Under the pieces are notes generated by a model. It saw only the letters and a program-made list of their open reading frames with translations, searched no databases and was not told the origin of the DNA. Both the position numbers and the translations under genes were made by a program. Below are positions 1 through 10,508 of a stretch of 64,000 nt of DNA, one piece after another (the stretch's first letter is position 1; each line of letters begins with the position of its first letter). The stretch comes from Cyanophyceae cyanobacterium (GTDB lineage Bacteria > Cyanobacteriota > Cyanobacteriia > Cyanobacteriales > Laspinemataceae): positions 192,001-256,000 of the forward strand of contig JBBQFN010000003.1 in the NCBI GenBank assembly GCA_038321985.1, given 5' to 3'.

Positions 1-124
1 GGCGTTTCAAGAAGCATTTAATAACATTCGTAATGGTCTGGAAGTGCAACAAGCCTTAGAACGGGCAGCCACCGAAATCGATCTAGATATTCGTGATAAC
101 GAAGGGTATCCTAACGTTAGTTAG
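1..124 (+). CDS. 3' end of probable sugar ABC transporter substrate-binding protein (partial)
   Basis: Open frame 2..124 reads AFQEAFNNIRNGLEVQQALERAATEIDLDIRDNEGYPNVS*. This is a typical SBP C-terminus, directly upstream of two permeases and an ATPase. Confidence 0.75.
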   Translation, partial: AFQEAFNNIRNGLEVQQALERAATEIDLDIRDNEGYPNVS

Positions 125-227
125 CGACCCCAAAATCCCCTACTATTCCCGAACTCATTCCTAGGGATAACCAAGCGGGTTTCAGAGGCAATTTGGTGAT
201 TTCAAAGCTCAATTTTAATTTAAACTT

Positions 228-1136
228 ATGGCCGATCAAACTACTTTAACCTCTCAAAATGATACGCGCAGTGCCCTAAGCATGGCAGCACCCGCATTGA
301 TTGGATTATTCCTCTTTGTAGCCTTGCCTTTTACCTTAGCGGCAATTTTATCTTTTACTAATTTACGCCTCGGTTCGCCTTTGCCAACTCGGTTTATTGG
401 GTTAGAACAATATGCCCGAATTTTTAGCGAACCGTCTTTTCGTCGGGCCTTACTTAATAATGGCATTTTTGCGATTGTAGTCGTACCGTTACAAACTGCG
501 ATCGCCCTCGGGTTGGCCCTCTTACTCAACCGTCCTCTGCGCGGCATGGCAATTTTTCGGACTTTATTTTTCATGCCGGTAGTTTTTCCGATGGCGTTGG
601 TTTCCGTCATTTGGATTTTAATTTACGCCCCCGGTGCCAATGGCATGATGAATTCATTTCTCGATTTTATCACCTTTGGATTATGGGACCCGCGAGATTT
701 TTTACGTGACCCCTATCTGGCACTCCCGGCGATTATGCTGTTATCTATGTGGCAGGGCGTAGGATTTCAAATGGTGATTCTTCTAGCGGGATTACAATCA
801 ATTCCCACCGATTTATACGAAGCTGCTGCGATTGATGGCAGCAATAAATGGAACCAGTTTGTTCACATCACGTTACCCCAACTGAGAAACACCTTAATTT
901 TTGTAATGTTGGTGACTTCGATTCTCTCATTTCGCCTGTACGACCAAATCGAAATTATGACCAATGGAGGACCGCTGGATGCCACCACTACAGTGATGTA
1001 TGAAGCCGTTAGCGCAGCCTATGAACAACAAAAAATGGCAAAAGGGGCGGCAATGACTGTGGTCTTTTTCCTGGTTGTACTCGGGATTACTCTAATCCAA
1101 AGAACGTTGATTAAAGAAGAACGGACGATTGATTAA
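228..1136 (+). CDS. Carbohydrate ABC transporter permease (MalF/UgpA-like)
   Basis: Multiple TM segments and EAA loop LYEAAAIDGS. Confidence 0.93.
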   Translation: MADQTTLTSQNDTRSALSMAAPALIGLFLFVALPFTLAAILSFTNLRLGSPLPTRFIGLEQYARIFSEPSFRRALLNNGIFAIVVVPLQTAIALGLALLLNRPLRGMAIFRTLFFMPVVFPMALVSVIWILIYAPGANGMMNSFLDFITFGLWDPRDFLRDPYLALPAIMLLSMWQGVGFQMVILLAGLQSIPTDLYEAAAIDGSNKWNQFVHITLPQLRNTLIFVMLVTSILSFRLYDQIEIMTNGGPLDATTTVMYEAVSAAYEQQKMAKGAAMTVVFFLVVLGITLIQRTLIKEERTID

Positions 1137-1193
1137 TCCATCCTCAGCTAGAATTTTCTGCTCATTTTTAAGGTTATTAATTCAAAAAAATTA

Positions 1194-2117
1194 ATGAAAC
1201 AAATTTCCGGAATTCCCAAAGAAGACCCAAATCTCGGGGCGCGAGTTTCTCATCCACCCGATGCCAAATTGGTAGCACAGCGCCAAACCCAGCAACGGTT
1301 TAGTATCATCATTAGCTACCTGGTTTTGGCGATTTTGGCGCTGCTATTTATTGCGCCAATTTTATTTATGATAGTTGGAAGTTTCAAGCTTGATAATCTA
1401 ATTTTGGTAGAGGCGGGGTCGTTGAAAGCCTTTATCCCCGATCGCCCCTCTTTCCAAAATTATCAGGATGTGTTTAATCGGGTCAATTTTACCCGATTTT
1501 TCTGGAACTCGATTTTCATTACCGGGGCGATCGTGCTGTTGGGTTTAGTCGTCAATTCAATGGCCGCTTATGCTTTTGCCCGATTGCAATGGCGGGGACG
1601 AGATATAATTTTCCCCGTAATTATTGCCCTGATGATTATCCCCTTTGAGGCGATCGCCGTTCCACTCTTTTTTCAAATGACCTGGTTAGGATTACGCAAT
1701 ACTTACACAGCCCAAATCATTCCGTTTATTGCAAATGCTTTTTCCATCTATTTATTCTACACGTTTTTCATCGTTTTGCCCAAAGAATTGGAAGAAGCGG
1801 CCAGGGTAGATGGGGCGGGTCCCGTAAGGACATTTTTTGAAATTATTGTGCCGGTTTCTAAACCCGTTTTTGCATCAGTCGCAATTCTTACTTTTTTAAC
1901 CCAATGGGGTTCTTTCCTTTGGCCCACGATGATTGCAGTGGGAGAAAGAGTCCGTCCCTTACCCGTGGCGATCGCCCAATTTCAAACCTTACCTCCCATT
2001 CAATGGGGAGATATTATGGCCTTTGGGGTAATGATGGTTGCCCCCATGTTGGTGATTTTCTTAATCTTCCAAAAGTGGTTTGTTCAAGGAGTTGCTTCCT
2101 CGGGTATCAAGGGATAA
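1194..2117 (+). CDS. Carbohydrate ABC transporter permease (MalG/UgpE-like)
   Basis: EAA loop ELEEAARVDGA; C-terminal QKWFVQGVASSGIKG. Confidence 0.93.
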   Translation: MKQISGIPKEDPNLGARVSHPPDAKLVAQRQTQQRFSIIISYLVLAILALLFIAPILFMIVGSFKLDNLILVEAGSLKAFIPDRPSFQNYQDVFNRVNFTRFFWNSIFITGAIVLLGLVVNSMAAYAFARLQWRGRDIIFPVIIALMIIPFEAIAVPLFFQMTWLGLRNTYTAQIIPFIANAFSIYLFYTFFIVLPKELEEAARVDGAGPVRTFFEIIVPVSKPVFASVAILTFLTQWGSFLWPTMIAVGERVRPLPVAIAQFQTLPPIQWGDIMAFGVMMVAPMLVIFLIFQKWFVQGVASSGIKG

Positions 2118-2209
2118 GAATAAGAATCCCGCATCCCCTCAGTCCCTAGCGAGTTTACTCCTCGTATTCCTTCAATTATTTCTGTTTAAACCATTTACAA
2201 ATTAAAACC

Positions 2210-3385
2210 ATGGCAAAAGTAGAGTTTGAACACATTTACAAAGTTTATGAAAATGGCTTTACGGCCATGAAAGACCTATGCTTGACGATTGAAGATGGCG
2301 AATTTATGGTATTTGTGGGACCTTCAGGTTGTGGCAAATCGACCGCCCTGCGGATGTTGGCAGGGTTGGAAGATATTAGCGCTGGAAAATTAATCATCGG
2401 CAACACTGTAGTGAATAATAAAAGCCCGCAAGACCGAAATATTGCCATGGTTTTTCAGAATTATGCTCTGTATCCGCACATGACAGTCCGGCAAAATATG
2501 GAATTTCCCCTGCGAATGATGAAAGTGCCTAAAGGGGAACGACAACAGCGGGTAGCGGAGGCGGCTGAAAAGTTGGGATTGACTCATTTGTTAGATAATA
2601 AACCCAAACAAATGTCGGGAGGACAACGGCAACGGGTAGCCATGGGACGGGCAATTGTGCGCGATCCGGCAGTATTTTTGATGGATGAACCCCTCTCGAA
2701 TTTGGATGCAAAAATGCGCGTGCAAATCCGGACAGAAATTGCCGATTTACAGCGCAAAATGGGAACAACCACCGTGTATGTAACCCATGATCAAGTCGAA
2801 GCAATGACAATGGGGGATCGCGTGGCAGTCATGCGATCGGGAGAACTCCAGCAAGTTGCACCGCCTCAAGACTTATACGATCGCCCCAGGAATGTATTTG
2901 TAGCAGGATTTATGGGGTCTCCGGCGATGAATATTTTTCATAGTGAGTTACGCAAAACCGAAAGCGGTCAATTTGCCATCACCTATGGAACCCAACAATT
3001 GGCGATCGCCCGAGAAACTGTGGATCGCTACCCTGAAATTGAGCGCTATATCAATAAACCAATTTTTGCCGGATTACGTCCCGAAGCCTTTTTACTGGCA
3101 GACAGCAATACTCCAGAAAATCAAAGAATTGAGGTAGAGGTTACTACCATTGAATCTCTAGGTCATGAAACCATTGTATATTTCAATTCTCCGATCGCCA
3201 AAATTGAAATTCAAGATAAAGATGACATTTCCAAAGTCTTAGAAAAGCGCCCAGGAGAAAATCAATCCATTGCGATCGCCCGCGTCGGTTCCGCCCAGAA
3301 ACTGCACCCTGCCGACTGCCTCTCCCTCGCCGTCGATACCCGCCAACTCTACCTCTTTGATCGCCACGGAAACGCTCTTCAGTAG
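2210..3385 (+). CDS. Carbohydrate ABC transporter ATP-binding protein (MalK/UgpC-like)
   Basis: Walker A GPSGCGKS, signature MSGGQRQR, Walker B FLMDEPLSNLD, C-terminal TOBE-like extension. Confidence 0.95.
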   Translation: MAKVEFEHIYKVYENGFTAMKDLCLTIEDGEFMVFVGPSGCGKSTALRMLAGLEDISAGKLIIGNTVVNNKSPQDRNIAMVFQNYALYPHMTVRQNMEFPLRMMKVPKGERQQRVAEAAEKLGLTHLLDNKPKQMSGGQRQRVAMGRAIVRDPAVFLMDEPLSNLDAKMRVQIRTEIADLQRKMGTTTVYVTHDQVEAMTMGDRVAVMRSGELQQVAPPQDLYDRPRNVFVAGFMGSPAMNIFHSELRKTESGQFAITYGTQQLAIARETVDRYPEIERYINKPIFAGLRPEAFLLADSNTPENQRIEVEVTTIESLGHETIVYFNSPIAKIEIQDKDDISKVLEKRPGENQSIAIARVGSAQKLHPADCLSLAVDTRQLYLFDRHGNALQ

Positions 3386-3395
3386 TGATTTTCTG

Positions 3396-3421
3396 GTAGG
3401 GACAAGGCACCGCCTTGTCCT
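3396..3421. repeat. GTAG-type REP-like palindrome, probably also acting as a terminator between convergent genes
   Basis: GTAG-GGACAAGGC-ACC-GCCTTGTCC-T; related copies near 58147-58174 and a degenerate one near 63755. Confidence 0.6.
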
Positions 3422-3434
3422 TTCCCATTTCTAA

Positions 3435-5891
3435 CTATTTAAACTCCGTCAACACCCCATAAACGGCCCAAATTGCCATCGCCCGCAGATAATGAGAGGC
3501 GCGAAAGGTTCCTACTGCTGTAATTGCTTCCGGAGTGCGGAACTGTAACCCATTTTCATAGACTTGCTTAATCACGGTTTCGGTCAACTTAAACCCTTCA
3601 TTTTGCATCCCCATTTGTAACAGAAATGCTGCTAGTCCAAAATTAATCCCGGTCCAAACTTCTAACGGATGTGTCGCATTGGGATTTACCGGAGAACCAT
3701 CTAGTAATACCCCATTGGCTGCCCCAAATTCACCGCTATGAAACTTTAAAAAACAAGACTCATAGACAGTTTTTAAGGCTGATTCTGCACATTCTATCGG
3801 CACAATATCTTCTAACCCTAATAACCGGGCATAGAATTGACCGCAAAGCTGATCGGTCATCACCACATCAGAACCGCTTTCACTATCGAGACGATAATAA
3901 GTACCATTCCAGAGTTTTTCCTGATAAATTGGCTGCGATCGCCCTAACCAATCTTGATAGGTACTCAGGGTTTCTTGAACAGTCACTGGATCAAGTAATT
4001 GCGATCGCTTCTGCTCATAAATTGTATCGGTGAAAACGCCAGAATGGGGGGGATTCTTTAAAATTATCTCACCAATGGCGATCGCCGCTTGTAACGCCGC
4101 CATCCACAATCCCCCACAATAAGCACTTACCCCGCGCATCGGCCAATCATCAAAAGTTTGATCCGGTGCACCGCCATTTTCGGGAATCCCATCCCCATCG
4201 TGATCGAACGTCTTTAAATAGGCGATCGCCCGCACCAGCGAGGGCCAACAATCCCACAAAAACTCATAATCATCCCCCCCCGTCAACAGAAAATCCCGAT
4301 ACACCAGCAAGGCAAAATCACAGGGTAAATCCTTCCACAAATTACAATCTTGATAGCTAGTATAATTTGTTTTAGTCCAGGGTCGTTCATTCGGTGCACC
4401 CAAATCGTGAGGTGTCGCATCTGTAATTTTCCGAACCGCTGATGCTTGATTATACCCGATAACCCGGGGTGTATCATCCCCGGTGGGAATTGCTCGCGCA
4501 AACGCCCGCATCACCGATTTTTCCAGTTCCGGCCACAACATTAACAGACCAAACGACCCGTATAATCGCACGTCCAAACTTTCATACCAACGATAATCCA
4601 GACATTCCAAAACCGCCAACTTCCCGCGCGGGTCATCCGCATCCTGGGCTGTCCATAGCGTACCCCCATCAGCCAAGATATACAACTCGTTAAACAAGGC
4701 CATTTTAAACGAGTCCGACAAGTCCGCCCGGTCTAATATGGGTTGTTGCCATGCCATAATATTCTCACGCCACATATCCGAATGCTTCAGTGCAGTGCGA
4801 ATCATCGACCAAGCATTTTTACCATGGCGACCAAAGAAGTCTGTATAACGGCGGTACTCCCACTCCCCTGTTGCAAATTCAGTTACCGGAAAATCCCAGG
4901 CAAGGATAAAGGGTATTTTGCGGGTTTTACCCGGTGGGATGGTAAAGCGAACTGCTAGGGCCACTCCCAGGCGTTCTCCCTGAACCGTAGGGGTTTCATC
5001 GGTGTACTCTAACAAAGAACCATCCCGAGAAAACTGTTCCCAGAGTTCTGTGCCGCTACCTGTCGGGTCCCAGCGCGTGTTATGGAAGGTATCAAAAAAC
5101 GGATTCGTAGAAGTGGCGATCGCCAACTCCCCCTCCCCTTCTTGAGGAACCTCTCCAATGTGTGATCCCGTCATCATGCACCCAATCCGATGGAAGTCTT
5201 CAATATAACGGTTAAAATTGCCTTTACTCTGACCCCATTTTGATTGGTATTCATAAACTGGCGACCCGTCATCTCGCACTTTAACCGTCGGGGATTTGAT
5301 AGCATTGGTAAACCAACCCACAACATTTTCCCAAGTCAGCATGATGCTGAGGGTAATCGGTTCATCGGTCGGATTGTACGCAGTCCATTCAAAAATAGCC
5401 ATCGGATAGCTGCATTCTTGGTATTTTCCCGGCCAAATTGGGGAAAATTGCTCACAAGTGAGTTGTGCTTTAAAAACGTTTTTATAGACGAACCAACTTC
5501 GGGGATATAAAGCGTGATAAGTCCCCGTATTGTCACCGTCATCGGTAGAGGCAGGATACCATTGCCATGCTTTCAGACTGTCATCGGCTGGGGGTTCCGT
5601 ACAAAGTGCGTAAGCATGGCGCTTTCCTGGGGTTTCTTCAAAAACACTAAACTGACAGGAGGGAAGGGATTGGAACGTATGTTCGCCTCCGTCGAGATGC
5701 CAGAGATTGAAGTCCCCACGAGGCGATCGGCCAATACAACCGGCACCAAAGCCCCCGAGGGGCATCCCATGCCAGGGCCCATCATCGAGGTTACTGCCAT
5801 AGCGAACGGTATAGGGTTTTTCCCAACCCAAACCAATCGGACGCTGCCAAGTCTGGAGGGGAATTTGAGGGGGAGAGGATGGATTAGTCAT
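3435..5891 (-). CDS. GH116 family glycoside hydrolase (GBA2/non-lysosomal glucosylceramidase-like)
   Basis: GMPLGGFGAGCIGR N-terminal motif, LECLDYRWYESLDV, PHDLG, DQTFDDW, FRTPEA and YLRAMAIW motifs. Confidence 0.92.
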   Translation of the reverse strand: MTNPSSPPQIPLQTWQRPIGLGWEKPYTVRYGSNLDDGPWHGMPLGGFGAGCIGRSPRGDFNLWHLDGGEHTFQSLPSCQFSVFEETPGKRHAYALCTEPPADDSLKAWQWYPASTDDGDNTGTYHALYPRSWFVYKNVFKAQLTCEQFSPIWPGKYQECSYPMAIFEWTAYNPTDEPITLSIMLTWENVVGWFTNAIKSPTVKVRDDGSPVYEYQSKWGQSKGNFNRYIEDFHRIGCMMTGSHIGEVPQEGEGELAIATSTNPFFDTFHNTRWDPTGSGTELWEQFSRDGSLLEYTDETPTVQGERLGVALAVRFTIPPGKTRKIPFILAWDFPVTEFATGEWEYRRYTDFFGRHGKNAWSMIRTALKHSDMWRENIMAWQQPILDRADLSDSFKMALFNELYILADGGTLWTAQDADDPRGKLAVLECLDYRWYESLDVRLYGSFGLLMLWPELEKSVMRAFARAIPTGDDTPRVIGYNQASAVRKITDATPHDLGAPNERPWTKTNYTSYQDCNLWKDLPCDFALLVYRDFLLTGGDDYEFLWDCWPSLVRAIAYLKTFDHDGDGIPENGGAPDQTFDDWPMRGVSAYCGGLWMAALQAAIAIGEIILKNPPHSGVFTDTIYEQKRSQLLDPVTVQETLSTYQDWLGRSQPIYQEKLWNGTYYRLDSESGSDVVMTDQLCGQFYARLLGLEDIVPIECAESALKTVYESCFLKFHSGEFGAANGVLLDGSPVNPNATHPLEVWTGINFGLAAFLLQMGMQNEGFKLTETVIKQVYENGLQFRTPEAITAVGTFRASHYLRAMAIWAVYGVLTEFK

Positions 5892-5963
5892 GCTTCTACT
5901 TGATTCGACACTCTCGATTAAAGCAGAAGCGCAGACGATGCTACCATCCGGGGCTAACTCCTC

Positions 5964-6773
5964 TTATTCCTCGACTCCTAACTGTTGAATGGCACGGCTG
6001 AGATGTTTCAGATAGGGCTTTACTACCTCGCGATTTTGTTGTTGCAGTTTGACAATTTGGCTTTGCAACTCATCAAGCTGGGTTTGAATCACGGGTTCCT
6101 CCGGGGTCACCGGATTAGCTAAGTCTTGTAACTGAGTTTGAATGTCCGCTAAACTTTGAGCAAGGGTGAGTAATTCGGCTTTGATATTTGCCAGTTCTGG
6201 AGAGGGGGGAATCGGGGGAGATGTTAACTCCTGTCGGAGGGTTTGAACTTCGCGATCGAGGGTTTCTTGAAGTTCACTAAAGCGGGTTTCGGTAACATCT
6301 CGCAGGCGCATCACTCCTCGACGAACGATCGCAAATTCTTGATGAATTTCTTCAGGATTAATCGGATTGGTAGGAGTTGAGAGATCGCGGTCCTGTTGCA
6401 AGGTAGCAGTTGCCTCACTCAGACGCATTAATGTATTTTCCACATCTTGAATCCGTTCCGATCGCGGCAGACTGTGCAAGGTGGTATGTATCGACGTCAC
6501 CACCTGATGCATATCCGCGATCGCCCCTTGATGTTCTGCACGCATTTGCTCCCCAAACCGACTGCGATTCACGCTATTGAGCCATAATGCCAGGGTAATC
6601 GGCGTCGCGGCAAATAAAACCTGTCCCGACAATCCCGCCACCACGGATCCCACAGCCGAACCAATCAGAGACGCCGACTCAGCCAGTTCGAGGCGATCGC
6701 GCTCTCGAATTCGAGACAGAAATGTGGGAAAAGCCCGGGAACGGTTAATATGCTGCATGGCTCTATTAGACAA
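5964..6773 (-). CDS. Hypothetical membrane-anchored coiled-coil protein
   Basis: 269-aa ORF with an N-terminal hydrophobic hairpin (GSAVGSVVAGLSGQVLFAATPITLALWLN) followed by heptad-rich helices. Start uncertain. Confidence 0.75.
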   Translation of the reverse strand: MSNRAMQHINRSRAFPTFLSRIRERDRLELAESASLIGSAVGSVVAGLSGQVLFAATPITLALWLNSVNRSRFGEQMRAEHQGAIADMHQVVTSIHTTLHSLPRSERIQDVENTLMRLSEATATLQQDRDLSTPTNPINPEEIHQEFAIVRRGVMRLRDVTETRFSELQETLDREVQTLRQELTSPPIPPSPELANIKAELLTLAQSLADIQTQLQDLANPVTPEEPVIQTQLDELQSQIVKLQQQNREVVKPYLKHLSRAIQQLGVEE

Positions 6774-6989
6774 CAGTTTAAAATGTTTTCTGCCCCTGAT
6801 TGTAAGCGATTTCCGGGAAATAAACTGGGCACCTCCCTGTTGTAGCGCCCTGAAACTTCCCCTTTGTACTGAATTCTTGGATAAATAAACCTAAAAAAAC
6901 TGACAACCCAAATTGCCAGTTTTTAGAAGTCTTATTAATTAGAAAATTAAGTCAACCCAACAGGAAAATAGGCTTTCTCACCCGTTAAC

Positions 6990-8210
6990 CTACTGTCTCA
7001 CGCAATTAACCATCCGTACCGTTGCAGCAGCCGCATAATTTCGCAACGTCGGAGAGTTAGGAGCAAACTGAGTCCCCGATTCATTTAACGGAGAAGCAAC
7101 CTGACAATAACTCGACATATTGGAAATCAGGGAATTCGCCCAGTGATTTTGAGTATCCGAGAAATTGGTGGGAGTTCGGGTGGCGGTGAGGTTAGTGCCT
7201 CGACCCCGGAGGGTGTTGCCATATTCAGCGGCGCGACGTAGCACTGCCATCATTTCAGCACGAGTCACCGTTTGCGCGGGACGAAAACTTTGATCTTGAT
7301 AGCCACTGATTAGATTATTATCTCTAGCCCATTGAATTTTAGGGGCGCTCCATCGTGACGCCTCCACATCAAAATAGGGTCGAGACGAAATGTTGGCGGG
7401 AATATTAATATTAGCCCCCGGAACGTTTTTGAGCGATTCAATCACCATTGAGACCAGTTGCTCCCGGGTCAGGGCCACTTGGGGACGGAACGTATTGTCT
7501 TCTCGGAAACCCGAGACGAAATTGAGGGCCACTGCTTGCTCGATTTCCTGGGCGTAGATATCCGATCGCGTATCTGCAAAGGAGACATTGGTAGGAGGGG
7601 GATTGGTCACCACCGGTGGGGGCGTAGGAGTTGTGGATCCGCCCAGGGGTTTAGCCAGGGCCGTCAAAGATTGGTTATTGGCGACATACACGTGTCCCAA
7701 GACTTGACCGTTATAGGAACGTTTGGCGAACTCCCATCCGGGATTAAGAGCTATTTTCGCAAATCCCGTTGTCATGCCATTAGCGCGTCCGATTTCCATT
7801 TCCCGACGTTCGCGATCGTTGACCCCAACCAGAACCAAGTCTCCATTCCGTCGAACGATCCGGAGGCTGTACTGGAGGCCGACATCTTCACCCCCAACGC
7901 GGATAGAATAGCCATTACTATCGGTACTACGACCGCAAATTCCGCTAAAGTCAAAATTGAACAAGAGGGGATCGACTTGAACCGGGTTGCTGCCACTTTC
8001 AGTCCAGCAGGGACGAGCGTTAGAGATTTGTTCCACCAGCAGGAGTGCATGAGCGCTGCCACTGGCATAAGGTTGGGCGATCGCAATGAAGCGACCTTGA
8101 TCCACACCCTGCTGTCCGAACAAAGCGGCGATCGCTTGAGTACCAAGGGTTAAAGCTGAGAGAGTTGCCGTCGCAACCGCAGCAGTTTTGAGTAAAAGTG
8201 AAGTTTTCAT
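6990..8210 (-). CDS. DUF3747 + S-layer homology (SLH) domain protein
   Basis: Signal peptide from MKTSLLLK (ATG at 8210); DPLLFNFDFSGICGRSTDSNGYS motif; SLH motifs FRPQVALTREQ and FRPAQTVTRAE. Confidence 0.85.
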   Translation of the reverse strand: MKTSLLLKTAAVATATLSALTLGTQAIAALFGQQGVDQGRFIAIAQPYASGSAHALLLVEQISNARPCWTESGSNPVQVDPLLFNFDFSGICGRSTDSNGYSIRVGGEDVGLQYSLRIVRRNGDLVLVGVNDRERREMEIGRANGMTTGFAKIALNPGWEFAKRSYNGQVLGHVYVANNQSLTALAKPLGGSTTPTPPPVVTNPPPTNVSFADTRSDIYAQEIEQAVALNFVSGFREDNTFRPQVALTREQLVSMVIESLKNVPGANINIPANISSRPYFDVEASRWSAPKIQWARDNNLISGYQDQSFRPAQTVTRAEMMAVLRRAAEYGNTLRGRGTNLTATRTPTNFSDTQNHWANSLISNMSSYCQVASPLNESGTQFAPNSPTLRNYAAAATVRMVNCVRQ

Positions 8211-9125
8211 AATGCGCTTGTTTAACCTGGAGTGAGTGGTAAATGCCTCTGGGCATAGTTCTATTGTGGAGGAAGCAGGCGGGATTAAAAAAGAAAGGGT
8301 GTTGTGGTTTGTCAACTGTCCCCTGGGCGATCGCCACCCTTGCTCTGAATCTAACTTCGAGGTAGAATTTACCCCAGCGAGCTACCGATTCCCTTGCGGA
8401 ACTAAACCCAGCCCTCAACACAAGAAAGAGAGCGTCTCTACCCCCGGTCAGCCGAGGAACTCCCCTATCCTGCCTTGTTACAGTAACCGAAGTGTCCCCT
8501 AGGCCAATTGGTTCCCTCTCCTGACCAAAATTCTCCCGGGGAGGATAGAATAATTCCCCTAGCCCCGGCTAATCAATCGGCGAGCCTTACTGATTCCACC
8601 AGCCTCTACACCCGCCCCTTAGCCCTCTAGGCAGTGGAACCCGTTTCTCAATGCAGCCTACGATACGGTCGAATGGGATACTTCCTGTTATGCTGGAAGA
8701 GATAGAAACTCGCTTCCACGAGTTTTATATCACCCAGAGAACCGGCCAAGCCCCAAGTTCTATCTAAAGTTAGATTAAGATTCACCAAAAATTGAATGAG
8801 ACTGGGTAAAATGACAAGTACGAGATAATATCCACTAATTAGCCGACATTTAGCTAAGGAACGGGTGTTAGCCCGTTGACGGATCCCGTATTGTCCCTCA
8901 TGGGATATAACTTTTCTTCGGGGAAAGCAAGAACGGACTTCAGGTTTTGGCAACGAGATCCAGGGACATCAAGCAGTTTAGCCCCCAACGGGTTGACTTG
9001 TACCTACACCGGCAAAACCATGCCATCTGCCCCTGACTTGAACCCGACTGCTTATCTCCTCAATTGACCTAAACTTTTACGAAATTTACTCTGTGAACGA
9101 CTTGCTTGCATCATCTTCTTCCAGA

Positions 9126-9659
9126 ATGCCTCTGACCGAAAAGAGAAGAAATCGAGATCTCCCTCAAATTAATGAAAGAATTCGATTTCCGAAAATTCGA
9201 GCCATTGACACAGATGGCAGTCAACTTGGGATTCTAACGCCTCAAGAGGCGCTGCGGATCGCCGAGGAAAAAGACCTAGATTTGGTGTTGGTCAGTGACA
9301 AAGCCGACCCCCCGGTTTGCCGAATCATGGACTACGGCAAATATAAGTTTGAGCAAGAGAAAAAAGCGCGGGAAGCTAAGAAAAAGCAGCATACCGCTGA
9401 AGTTAAAGAAGTGAAGATGCGCTACAAGATTGAAGAACACGATTATAACGTGCGTCTCAATCAAGCCCAGCGCTTTCTGAAAGTGGGAGATAAAGTAAAA
9501 GCGACGATTACGTTCCGAGGTCGTGAAATTCAACATACGGACCTAGCTGAGGAATTACTCAAGCGGATGGCAACCGACCTCGCAGAAGTCGCCGAAGTTC
9601 AGCAAGCCCCTAAAAAAGAAGGGCGTAGTATGATGATGTTGCTCTCTCCCAAAAAGTAG
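9126..9659 (+). CDS. infC: Translation initiation factor IF-3
   Basis: [42 protein letters not shown] motifs. ATG 9126 preferred over GTG 9093. Confidence 0.97.
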   Translation: MPLTEKRRNRDLPQINERIRFPKIRAIDTDGSQLGILTPQEALRIAEEKDLDLVLVSDKADPPVCRIMDYGKYKFEQEKKAREAKKKQHTAEVKEVKMRYKIEEHDYNVRLNQAQRFLKVGDKVKATITFRGREIQHTDLAEELLKRMATDLAEVAEVQQAPKKEGRSMMMLLSPKK

Positions 9660-9678
9660 GGAAAAACATTATAAAAAT

Positions 9679-9722
9679 CGTGAGGGCGCGGGTACTGGGG
9701 AAAAGTGCGTAGCGCCCTCACG
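9679..9722 (+). terminator. Stem-loop downstream of infC
   Basis: Perfect 11-bp inverted repeat CGTGAGGGCGC ... GCGCCCTCACG followed by GTTT. Confidence 0.55.
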
Positions 9723-10508
9723 GTTTGCCTGGAGAGATATGAGAGGCGGGGAGAGCATTTCTCGTCGTTGAGGTAGGCGATAACAGCAGACTTGAGAGAG
9801 AATTGAGTCCAAGCGATCGCCCGCGGGGACTGAGGAAAGCGCTAATCAGCCAAAACACTTAAAGATTTCCCCCCCAAATCCTGCCGAGAAAAATAAGCGG
9901 GGGAAATCCAGCGATCGCGGGTTAAGACCCCCCAAAAGCGGTAAGATTACCATCAGCCCCTCCTGATAAGGGTAGAACTCCCCCATCAAGCACTCTTAAA
10001 CCCTGGAAAGGGAATTTGTCTGCTGTTCCCCTTGGGGGTTGAACTTAGGCTGAGGAGAACTACCGGAACGTCAGTTGCGCCGATCTTATTGATCGGTGCC
10101 AGACTTGTTTGCCACCCTCAAACCCGCCTAATCCCCTTCTTAACCCTTACTCCAGTAAGGTCATCCTCCTGCCGATGGAGAGAGCCATAGTAATTGAAAA
10201 AGATTAGAGATTATGGTAATCAAAAGGAAGAAAGACTTAAATGAGGGATTGTCCCCAGCGCTTGGGTGCACGAGATAACGGCACAGGAGCTAGGCCAGAG
10301 CGAATTAACCCGTTGAAGCCAACGTAAGCCCCTAGAGTCAGAAATATAACGAGAATATGTTGGTAAGGCGGGCTTAGGATAACGAGGGATCAACCGGGCT
10401 TTTAAAGGCCAACCCCTTAGGGTATGCCATGGGTGAAATATCACAAAAATAGGAGATGAACAGAACCGGGATTCAGGGAAACTCTACAACACGGGAAATC
10501 AACGCTGC

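Noticed and set aside
7458..8153. 231-aa + strand ORF (and similar antisense ORFs such as 57008-57646, 11141-11572, 50908-51279)
   Set aside because: They are shadows of well-supported genes on the opposite strand and have no recognisable motifs.
8211..9125. Riboswitch or structured RNA in the long divergent region before infC
   Set aside because: I could not match TPP, c-di-AMP, cobalamin or other consensus elements by eye; this needs an Infernal scan.
9093..9659. infC not followed by rpmI-rplT
   Set aside because: A separate infC is usual in cyanobacteria, so this is not anomalous.
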